Assembly: GCA_937899865.1 (NCBI GenBank)
Contig: CALBRH010000044.1
Coordinates: 1-64,000, forward strand
DNA: 64,000 nucleotides
Direction: 5' to 3'
Source: an uncultured euryarchaeote
GTDB lineage: Archaea; Thermoplasmatota; Poseidoniia; Poseidoniales; Poseidoniaceae
Each line of letters opens with the position of its first letter. Position 1 is the stretch's first letter. The translations under genes and the position numbers were made by a program. This document shows positions 46,975-55,072 of this stretch, piece by piece. Below the pieces are notes generated by a model that was given only the letters and a program-made list of their open reading frames with translations, ran no database searches and had not been told where the DNA came from.

Positions 46975-47297
46975 TAACTGGTTGTCTTATCATCTTATTA
47001 TTCAACATTACTCATCAATTATGCATATTGCATTGAATTTATTGCCACATTTAGCCGGTGAAATACTTATTTTCACTGGAAATAAATTATTTGATAGCTA
47101 ATAATTACTAAATCTCTTAAAATTCCGCAGATCTTCTAAATTACTCTAAATATTGACATTTAAAATTGTTAAATGACTTTCAATACGGTGAATGCATATT
47201 GGGTAATAATCTAATTATTATGGGTAAGAATGTGATTTGTCAGTTTTAAGTGTATTTTCAACCGCATATTTCAAGGGATTAGCGCGCAGGGTATGGT
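46975..47297. promoter_or_regulatory. AT-rich divergent control region (thiR operon / decarboxylase-gcv) with several inverted repeats
   Basis: CCGGTGAAA-N7-TTTCACTGG (47055..47079), CATTTAA-N5-TTAAATG (47157..47175), TAATAAT-N3-ATTATTA (47204..47220). Confidence 0.55.
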
Positions 47298-48725
47298 GTG
47301 ATGCGAGGTACAGAATTGACTCAGTTCCTCGACGGACTGATAGAAAGAATAGATTCATACATTCAATCTTCTGATGAACCTGACCAAAAAACAGTAGATT
47401 TCCTAAACGCAGAATCAAGGCGCAAAGTTACTGATTTATCATTGCCTTTAGAAGGAAATGGCTCTCAATCAATTTTAGACGACATAGATAGTTTTCTTAG
47501 ACAATGCGTCAAAACAAATCGTCCAGAATTTATGAATCCTCTATGGGGTGGCTTGAATATTGCTGGTTTTGCAGGAGAAGTCATTTCAGCACTTACCAAT
47601 CAATCGATGTATACTTATGAGCTGTCACCCATTGCTACACTTATTGAAAAAGCGATAATTGAGAGGATGATGGAAATTGTAGGTTATGGGGATGGTTTTG
47701 GCACTCTTACAACCGGAGGTTCGAATGGCAATATGCTTGGTATGTTGTGTGCCCGACAATCGATCAATCCATTGTCATCCTTAGATGGATTTGATGGCTC
47801 AAAACATGTTGCATTTGTTTCTGCAGAGGCTCACTACTCTACTTTAATGTCGGCTAATGTAATTGGTATTGGGCATCAAAATTTGGTTAAAGTTTCATGT
47901 GATTCACGTGGTAGAATGAAGCCACAATCACTTTTGGAAGAGATCAACCGTGTAATTGGATCTGATAGAATTCCATTTTGTATTATTGCAACTTCAGGCA
48001 CTACTGTTCGTGGTTCATTTGATCCTATAAGAGAACTAGCAACCATTGCCCATGACAACAATATTTGGCTCCATGTTGATGCTGCTTGGGGTGGTAGTTG
48101 TTTGTTTTCAAAACGTCATCGCTATTTGATGGATGGTATAGAATTAGCTGATAGTGTCTGTTGGGATGCTCATAAAATGATGGGTCTTCCATTGATTTGT
48201 AGTGTTTTTTTGACAAAGCACAAGAGCATTTTACGTGCAGTATGTGCACATGGTGATGCTGCACATTATTTGTTCCATGAGGATAGTAAGGATGTCGATT
48301 TAGGCCGCTATTCGCTACAGTGTGGACGTAGAAACGATTCACTGAAACTTTGGATTGCTTGGCGAGAAATTGGCGACGCAGGATGGGCAAGAATGGTTGA
48401 GAAATACTGTGAATTATCCGATTATCTTGAAAATTTAGTCATTGAAAATGAACATCTATCTATGATGTCTGAAAGAAAATGGTCTAATATTTGCTTCAGA
48501 TTTGAAGCGGATGGATATGATTTGAATGAATTGAATACTGAAATTAGAAATCGTATGATGCGTGAAGGTATTCATTTGGTAAGTCGTTCTAATATCGGAG
48601 ATGACATAGTTATTAGAGCAGTAGTAGCTAATCCTTTGATTGATGAAGAAGTACTACGTTCTTTAATCGCGTCTGTAGAGAGGCATGGTAAAGAGATAAT
48701 CAATCAAATTCCTTCAGAGTTCTAG
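47298..48725 (+). CDS. Group II PLP-dependent decarboxylase (GAD/CSAD/aspartate decarboxylase-like)
   Basis: TGGSNGN, AHYS, GTTVRGSFDP, HVDAAWGG, DSVCWDAHKMMG, LQCGRRND.LKLW. Confidence 0.9.
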   Translation: MMRGTELTQFLDGLIERIDSYIQSSDEPDQKTVDFLNAESRRKVTDLSLPLEGNGSQSILDDIDSFLRQCVKTNRPEFMNPLWGGLNIAGFAGEVISALTNQSMYTYELSPIATLIEKAIIERMMEIVGYGDGFGTLTTGGSNGNMLGMLCARQSINPLSSLDGFDGSKHVAFVSAEAHYSTLMSANVIGIGHQNLVKVSCDSRGRMKPQSLLEEINRVIGSDRIPFCIIATSGTTVRGSFDPIRELATIAHDNNIWLHVDAAWGGSCLFSKRHRYLMDGIELADSVCWDAHKMMGLPLICSVFLTKHKSILRAVCAHGDAAHYLFHEDSKDVDLGRYSLQCGRRNDSLKLWIAWREIGDAGWARMVEKYCELSDYLENLVIENEHLSMMSERKWSNICFRFEADGYDLNELNTEIRNRMMREGIHLVSRSNIGDDIVIRAVVANPLIDEEVLRSLIASVERHGKEIINQIPSEF

Positions 48726-48764
48726 TTCCCAGTTGTTTAAGGAGCGCCGAGTTTTGGCAGAATT

Positions 48765-49877
48765 ATGTCGAGTGGTGAACTAGTTCGAACAGCGTTGTAT
48801 GAAGAGCATGTTGCATTAGACGCAAACATTGTTGATTTTCATGGCTTTGAATTACCAATTTGGTATTCAAATATTAAGGAAGAACACTTAGCAACAAGAT
48901 CAGGTGCTGGATTATTTGATGTTAGCCACATGGGTACATTTCGGTTTAGTGGCACTAATGTAAAGCAATGGCTTGAAAGTGTAGCAACTCAAAAAGTAAC
49001 AGGAATTACTGAAGGGCGTTGTGCATATACACACTTTCTTGATGATGATGGTTATATTATTGATGATATGATTTTTGCAGTTGTATCAGATGAAGAAATC
49101 CTTGGGGTTCCAAATGCTTCTATGATTGATGTCATGTGGGATTGGTTTAATCAAAGTTTACCTGAAGATGGCTCTGTTAAAATTGAGAACCTCTCTCCAA
49201 GCACTTCGATAGTTGCTCTTCAAGGCCCAAAGTCAAAAGAAATAGTAAGTCAAGTCCTTGGTCCTGATAATCATGTTGGCCGCTTTAAGTGGCAAACAAT
49301 TGGCGATAACAATTTGGATATTTCTGGTTGGATTCAAGGTACGGGATATACTGGAGAATCAGGTTATGAAATTTTTATTCCGAATAATGATGCTGCAAAA
49401 TTATGGCGTAATTTGATTTCTGCTGGAGCAACTCCTGTTGGTCTTGGTGCTAGGGATACTTTACGTCTTGAGAAAGGATATTTGTTAAGTGGAGTAGATT
49501 TTTGTTGGCCACAGCTTCCAGATTCAAGTGACTTTCTTGCTCGAGACTCTTGGGAGACTAATGTACCATTTGGCTTAGATTTGGAACATGACTTCATTGG
49601 CAAAACTAGAGTTATTTCGCACTTGGATACCGATGCAAGATGGTGGGGAGTGAAATATACCGAAAAAGGCCCATTACCGAGGCCTGGTAAAGAAGTTTCA
49701 GATGTTGATGGTAATATTATCGGTAGATTATCTTCTGGCGCTCCATCTCCAAGTTTAGGAAATCTTGGCATTGGCATAGGATATATTTCTGGAGTAATAG
49801 AAGGCGATGAGGTATTGGTTGTTGCAAGCCCTAGAAAATCTGTAAAAGCAATAATTGTAAGGCCGCCATTTGTCTAA
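48765..49877 (+). CDS. gcvT: Glycine cleavage system T protein (aminomethyltransferase)
   Basis: RTALYEEH, GLFDVSHMG, ALQGPKS, GYTGESGYE, GLGARDTLRLEKG. Confidence 0.96.
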   Translation: MSSGELVRTALYEEHVALDANIVDFHGFELPIWYSNIKEEHLATRSGAGLFDVSHMGTFRFSGTNVKQWLESVATQKVTGITEGRCAYTHFLDDDGYIIDDMIFAVVSDEEILGVPNASMIDVMWDWFNQSLPEDGSVKIENLSPSTSIVALQGPKSKEIVSQVLGPDNHVGRFKWQTIGDNNLDISGWIQGTGYTGESGYEIFIPNNDAAKLWRNLISAGATPVGLGARDTLRLEKGYLLSGVDFCWPQLPDSSDFLARDSWETNVPFGLDLEHDFIGKTRVISHLDTDARWWGVKYTEKGPLPRPGKEVSDVDGNIIGRLSSGAPSPSLGNLGIGIGYISGVIEGDEVLVVASPRKSVKAIIVRPPFV

Positions 49878-49966
49878 TTTTGAGCAAGTAAATTGTTCAA
49901 GTAAAAACATGAATATTATGGGCGTTACGCGCACGGGTTTAAATTAGCCGTAAGAGGAGAGTAAGC

Positions 49967-51343
49967 ATGGTCGACCAACTGCCCAATAGAGGACTAGAAT
50001 TAGAGATGCTGCAGGAGATGGGTTTTTCATCGATTGATGATTTATTTAGCGACCTTCCCGAACATGTAAGAATGAATGAACCCCTACCACTTCCACCACC
50101 ACAATCCGAGGAGGAAATTATTGCCGATGCTAAGAGATTGCTTGGTGCAAATCGTGCAATGGGCGATGTTGTTTCATTCATTGGTGCTGGAATATATCGA
50201 AATTATGTTCCTTCTTCAGTATTTCAACTCGTGACTAGAGGTGAATTCCTCACCTCATATACGCCTTATCAACCTGAGGTGAGTCAAGGTATGCTTCAAG
50301 CAATGTGGGAATTTCAAACTTTGATTTCTGAACTTGTAGGGCTACCAATTGCAAATTTATCACTCTATGATGGATCTACTGCTGCAGCAGAAGCATTGAC
50401 TTGTGCTGTCCGAGTTCACAACCGTAAAGCGACACAAAAAGATACGGTATATGTTTCTGAATTAGTGCCGCCAGACCGTATGTCTGTAATGTACAATTAC
50501 TGTCAAGGGGCTGGAATTACTCTTAAAATTTTGAAGCACAATGCTGATGGAACTTTGGATTTGGCAGCGGTTCAAGGTGCTGAAGGTTCATGTGGAGTCT
50601 ATGTTGAACAGCCAAACCCACTTGGGATTCTAGATGGTGGTTTGACACAAATCAAAGAAATAATTGGTCAAAATACTGCACTTGTAGTTGGTATACAACC
50701 AGTTTCACTTGGTCTTGTTGAAGCTCCAGGAAATTATGGGGCAGACATAGTTGTTGGTGAAGGACAACCATTGGGTAGCCCTCCTACTGGAGGTGGACCT
50801 ATCTATGGAATTTTTGCGTGTAGTACTCCCTATCTTAGATTAATGCCGGGTAGAATTGTTGGAAGGAGTATCGACGTTGATGGTAAAGAAGCATATTGTC
50901 TGACATTATCAACTCGAGAACAACACATTAGAAGACATAGAGCAACATCTAATATTTGCACTAATGAAACTTTAATCGCGCTCATGGGTGCAATGCATAT
51001 GTCACTTCTTGGTCCTGAAGGTCTAGAACACTTAGCGACAAGAAACATGGCTGCATGTGTTATTGCTAAGCAAAAGTTGTCCGAAATTTCTGGCATTTCA
51101 TTACCTCATATTGCTTCGTCACACTTCAATGAATTTGTTGTAGAGTTGCCTAAGAGTGCGGCAGATTGTTTGAACTATCTTGATAGTGTTGGGATAATTG
51201 GTGGTTTTGATCTTTCAAGATGGTATCCAAATCATAGTAATTGGCTATTGGTATCAGTAACAGACCAAACCAAAGCGGCAGAAATCGAATTGCTTGCTGC
51301 TCACATAGCGGTATGGTCAACACTTAAGGAGGCGGTAATGTGA
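49967..51343 (+). CDS. gcvPA: Glycine dehydrogenase subunit 1
   Basis: FIGAGIY, EFLTSYTPYQPEVSQGMLQ, LYDGSTAAAEA, TLSTREQHIRR.RATSNICTN. Confidence 0.97.
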   Translation: MVDQLPNRGLELEMLQEMGFSSIDDLFSDLPEHVRMNEPLPLPPPQSEEEIIADAKRLLGANRAMGDVVSFIGAGIYRNYVPSSVFQLVTRGEFLTSYTPYQPEVSQGMLQAMWEFQTLISELVGLPIANLSLYDGSTAAAEALTCAVRVHNRKATQKDTVYVSELVPPDRMSVMYNYCQGAGITLKILKHNADGTLDLAAVQGAEGSCGVYVEQPNPLGILDGGLTQIKEIIGQNTALVVGIQPVSLGLVEAPGNYGADIVVGEGQPLGSPPTGGGPIYGIFACSTPYLRLMPGRIVGRSIDVDGKEAYCLTLSTREQHIRRHRATSNICTNETLIALMGAMHMSLLGPEGLEHLATRNMAACVIAKQKLSEISGISLPHIASSHFNEFVVELPKSAADCLNYLDSVGIIGGFDLSRWYPNHSNWLLVSVTDQTKAAEIELLAAHIAVWSTLKEAVM

Positions 51344-52839
51344 GCCGTTTGTTTGATTTTGCTGGCGGCACAGGGATGGGTTATTCTCAGCCAGAACCAT
51401 TACTTCCTAAGACAAGTATTGCTTTGCCACCCTCGCTTTCAAGAAAAGAATTACCAAGATGGCCACGATTATCTGAACCAGAAATGGTTAGGCACTACAC
51501 TTGGCTTTCAAGGAGAAATTTTGGTATTGATACGGGATTCTATCCACTTGGTTCGTGTACTATGAAACACAATCCTAGAGTGAATGAAGTAATAGCTCAG
51601 TTGCCTGGTATTGCCGATATACACCCACACCAACCAGAACATCACCTACAAGGTCTGTTATCGATTTTCCATGAGATGCAACATATGCTTGCTGTTTGCT
51701 CCGGTATGGATGCGGTTACCCTTCAGCCAGTTGCTGGCGCTCAAGGGGAATTTACTGCAGTACGTTGTGTTCAAGAATACTTCCGTAGTAGAGGAGAGAC
51801 ACAGAGAACCAAGGTGATTGTTCCAGATTCAGCTCATGGTACTAATCCTGCAAGTGCGGCAATGGCAGGATACGATATTATTGAAATTCCGAGTTTAGCA
51901 AATGGCCGTATTGATCTGGATGCTTTGAAAGCAGTAATTGATGATACTGTTGCACTGATGATGATTACCAATCCGAACACTCTTGGATTATTTGAAACCG
52001 ATATTCCAGAGGCTGCTGAAATAGTTCATGCTGCTGGTGGACAAATGTACTATGATGGTGCTAACTTTAATGCAATCTTAGGTCGTACATCACCCGGTTT
52101 GATGGGCTTTGATGCAGTTCATTTTAATCTGCATAAGACCTTCAGTCAACCTCATGGAGGTGGTGGTCCAGGTTCAGGTCCTATAGGAGTAAAGTCTCAT
52201 TTGGCTGAGTTCTTACCAAGTCCGATTGTTAAGAAACGCCCGATTTCATCAGGGGAAGAGCAATTTGCAGTAGATGATATGTGGTATTCATGGTATGTTC
52301 CTCGTAACACAATAGGTAAGGTACAACAATGGCACGGTAATGCAGGCGCAGTAGTTAGATGCTGGGCATATTACCGAAGGTATGGATACGGCTTGAAAGA
52401 TATGTCCGAACATGCTGTTCTCAATGCTAATTATTTGCGCCATGCATTACACAGGGAAGCAGAATTAGCTGGTGTATCTCACATGTTTGTTGACGGAGCA
52501 GATGCCAAGGTAGCAAAGCACGAATTCACACTATCGCTACAACCGGCTAAGGAATCGGTTGGTGTCTCTGCAATGGATGTTGCAAAGGGATTACTTGACA
52601 TGGGTTACATGGCACCAACCGTCTACTTCCCATTAGTTGTTCCTGAGTGCATGATGTTTGAACCAACTGAAACTGAAAGTCGAGATACATTAGACAAGTT
52701 TGCCAAAGACTTTGTTAAAGTTTTACAAATCGATGCTGAGACTTTACACGAAGCACCAATTACTACACCAGTTCGTAGAGTAGATGAAGTATATGCTGCA
52801 CGAAATTTGTGCTTGAAACATCCGTTTGATGAAGAGTAG
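51340..52839 (+). CDS. gcvPB: Glycine dehydrogenase subunit 2
   Basis: YPLGSCTMKHNP, AGAQGE, SAHGTNPASA, HFNLHKTFSQPHGGGGPG, EPTETES. GTG start overlaps the gcvPA stop. Confidence 0.97.
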   Translation: MSRLFDFAGGTGMGYSQPEPLLPKTSIALPPSLSRKELPRWPRLSEPEMVRHYTWLSRRNFGIDTGFYPLGSCTMKHNPRVNEVIAQLPGIADIHPHQPEHHLQGLLSIFHEMQHMLAVCSGMDAVTLQPVAGAQGEFTAVRCVQEYFRSRGETQRTKVIVPDSAHGTNPASAAMAGYDIIEIPSLANGRIDLDALKAVIDDTVALMMITNPNTLGLFETDIPEAAEIVHAAGGQMYYDGANFNAILGRTSPGLMGFDAVHFNLHKTFSQPHGGGGPGSGPIGVKSHLAEFLPSPIVKKRPISSGEEQFAVDDMWYSWYVPRNTIGKVQQWHGNAGAVVRCWAYYRRYGYGLKDMSEHAVLNANYLRHALHREAELAGVSHMFVDGADAKVAKHEFTLSLQPAKESVGVSAMDVAKGLLDMGYMAPTVYFPLVVPECMMFEPTETESRDTLDKFAKDFVKVLQIDAETLHEAPITTPVRRVDEVYAARNLCLKHPFDEE

Positions 52840-53513
52840 TGATTTTTATGACTAGGGCGCGTGACAAGAGCCCAGATCATTTTGGATGGGAGAAAATCGA
52901 ATTAAAACCAAATCCCGGTTCAGTGCTTTTACCACTATCTTGGGGTTTGCTACCATTGGTATTAACCGTAATTGTTTATTTTACTGAAACAGGATTGCAA
53001 TTTATCAATTTCCTCGGTGCGGGTGCAGTAATTTTGATGTTAGTTGGTGGTATTGGTGCTGTCAGCGCTCGCCAAGGAATTTTTAATTCACAAAAAGTAG
53101 GGCTTGGCTTTTTCTTTAGTTGCCTCTCTCTCTTTTCATGGCTGATGGTTGCTAACAACAACTTTCAAGTTGAGTGGGGGATAATTTCTTCATACCTTGC
53201 TTTTGCAATGATTTATCGTTCTCTTGATTTTATTTTCAAGGATTCAAATTTAATCTTCCAATTAAGTTGGGATGCAAAGTCTCGATTACCACTTGATGCT
53301 ATGACGGGATGGGATGTTAGAAGCCGTAAATTCGCTCAAAATACTATGGCACTGAAGCGATATGACAAGGATAGTTTTGCTCAAATTTATGGCACAAGAA
53401 CAAAGCAAGGATTGGCAATTCGCCTTGACATATTTGGAATTCCAATGGGTGAACGCTTTGATTTTAGACAATTAGGTTTGGATTTGGAACAATTTGTCTA
53501 TGAAGAGGAATAG
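52839..53513 (+). CDS. Hypothetical membrane protein (about 4 TM)
   Basis: ORF abutting gcvPB; hydrophobic N-half. Confidence 0.7.
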   Translation: MIFMTRARDKSPDHFGWEKIELKPNPGSVLLPLSWGLLPLVLTVIVYFTETGLQFINFLGAGAVILMLVGGIGAVSARQGIFNSQKVGLGFFFSCLSLFSWLMVANNNFQVEWGIISSYLAFAMIYRSLDFIFKDSNLIFQLSWDAKSRLPLDAMTGWDVRSRKFAQNTMALKRYDKDSFAQIYGTRTKQGLAIRLDIFGIPMGERFDFRQLGLDLEQFVYEEE

Positions 53514-53548
53514 TCATCTTGAATAACCGACTGTTATGGCAGTACTTC

Positions 53549-54028
53549 ATGGAAGTAACTATACTGTTGGGGTCATCCTCAGATATGCCCGTTGCCGAAA
53601 AGTGCACTAAGATTTTGAAACAATTCGATGTAACCTATCAATTGCGTGTTGCAAGTGCCCATCGTTCACCTAAATTCGTTGAGCAAATCATCCATGATGC
53701 AGAAGAAGATGGATGTTTGGTTTTCATCGCTATGGCTGGTTTAGCAGCTGCTTTACCAGGTGCAGTAGCAGCACTGACTACCAAACCGGTAATCGGTGTA
53801 CCATGTGGTGGTAGAGTGCCATTTGATTCATTACTATCTATTGTTCAATTACCACCAGGTGTTCCTGCAGCAACTGTTGGTGTTGACCGTGGAGATAATG
53901 CTGGTTATTTGGCAGTTCAAATGCTTGCATTACAGAGTGAAAAGCATGCAGCAGCATTAAAGCAAAACAAACTCGATCAAATTGAGAGAGTTAAGTCCCA
54001 AGACCGTGAGGTTAACGGGGGCGCTTGA
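53549..54028 (+). CDS. purE: N5-CAIR mutase / AIR carboxylase catalytic subunit
   Basis: LGSSSD, VASAHRSP, AGLAAALPG, PVIGVP, SIVQLPPGVPAATV. Confidence 0.97.
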   Translation: MEVTILLGSSSDMPVAEKCTKILKQFDVTYQLRVASAHRSPKFVEQIIHDAEEDGCLVFIAMAGLAAALPGAVAALTTKPVIGVPCGGRVPFDSLLSIVQLPPGVPAATVGVDRGDNAGYLAVQMLALQSEKHAAALKQNKLDQIERVKSQDREVNGGA

Positions 54029-54029
54029 A

Positions 54030-54980
54030 ATGTTTGACGTCGATGAATTCGTTCAGGAATCCATCGAGTCATTACAAAACACAATTGATGATGTAGCAAT
54101 TATTGCCTGTTCAGGCGGTGTTGATTCAACCGTTGCCGCAGTTATAGCTAACCAAGCGGTTGGTGATTTACTCCATTGCGTCTATGTTGATACAGGTTTT
54201 ATGCGCAAGGGTGAGACCGAACAAATAGAAGCTTTACTGGCAGACCAAGGAATCAAGAATTTGGTTACAGTAAAGGCAGCAGACCGCTATTTTGAAGCAT
54301 TGAAAGGCGTAACTGAGCCAGAACAAAAGCGCAAAGTTATCGGAGAATTATTCATACGAATTTTCGAAGATGAGCAAAAGAAATGTGGTGCTAAGTATTT
54401 GGTTCAAGGTACTATTGCTCCAGATTGGATTGAATCTGGTGGTGGTGTTCGTGACACAATCAAGTCGCATCACAATGTTGGAGGACTTCCTGAAGACATG
54501 ACTTTAGAGGTAGTTGAGCCACTCCGAGAACTCTACAAAGATGAGGTTAGAGAATTAGCCCGTCACTTAGACATTAATGTTGCAGAACGTCAACCATTCC
54601 CTGGTCCTGGATTAGCGGTTAGAACTCTAGGTGAATTAACACCTGAGCGTGTAGCAGTGGTGCGAGAATCGTGTGCAATTGTTGAAGAAGAATTGGAAGC
54701 AGCAGCTGCTGAAGGTTTGATGGAATTACCTTGGCAATATTTCGCTGCTCTACTACCTGTTAGAAGCGTTGGAGTTCATGGTGATGTACGTGCTTATGGT
54801 GAAACAGTAGTAGTTCGTGCAGTGAAATCAATGGATGGGATGTCAGCAAGGTACTCTGAAATTCCGCATTCAGTACTGCAAAAAATAAGCACTCGAATAA
54901 CCAATACTGTCAAAGGTGCAGTTAATCGTGTAGTATACGATATTACTCACAAACCCCCTGGTACAATTGAGTGGGAATGA
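54030..54980 (+). CDS. guaAB: GMP synthase subunit B (ATP pyrophosphatase, no GATase domain)
   Basis: SGGVDS, DTGFMRKGE, PEQKRKVIG, LVQGTIAPDWIES, IKSHHNVGGLP, PFPGPGLA, KPPGTIEWE. Confidence 0.97.
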   Translation: MFDVDEFVQESIESLQNTIDDVAIIACSGGVDSTVAAVIANQAVGDLLHCVYVDTGFMRKGETEQIEALLADQGIKNLVTVKAADRYFEALKGVTEPEQKRKVIGELFIRIFEDEQKKCGAKYLVQGTIAPDWIESGGGVRDTIKSHHNVGGLPEDMTLEVVEPLRELYKDEVRELARHLDINVAERQPFPGPGLAVRTLGELTPERVAVVRESCAIVEEELEAAAAEGLMELPWQYFAALLPVRSVGVHGDVRAYGETVVVRAVKSMDGMSARYSEIPHSVLQKISTRITNTVKGAVNRVVYDITHKPPGTIEWE

Positions 54981-54982
54981 GT

Positions 54983-55059
54983 TAATTTTACTTTGCAGAT
55001 GTCAAAATTATCATGCTTTTTGTTAAATCAAAAAAGCAACATATCAAAAAGGGATATGT
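54983..55059. other. Three consecutive inverted repeats in the guaAB / surface-protein intergenic region
   Basis: TAATTTT..AAAATTA; TGCTTTTTG..CAAAAAAGCA; ACATATC..GATATGT. Confidence 0.3.
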
Positions 55060-55072
55060 GTCATTTCAAATT

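Noticed and set aside
46975-47100. TPP riboswitch upstream of the thiamine operon
   Set aside because: The conserved TPP core (CTGAGA...ACCTGA) was not recognisable on the minus strand; ThiR explains the regulation.
49880-49900. Hairpin TTGAGCAA/TTGTTCAA between gcvT and gcvPA as a glycine riboswitch or terminator
   Set aside because: It is too short for a glycine aptamer and has no U-tract; probably incidental.
48765-52839. Absence of gcvH/lpdA as a novel H-less glycine cleavage system
   Set aside because: These genes are often encoded elsewhere; absence from a 64-kb window is uninformative.
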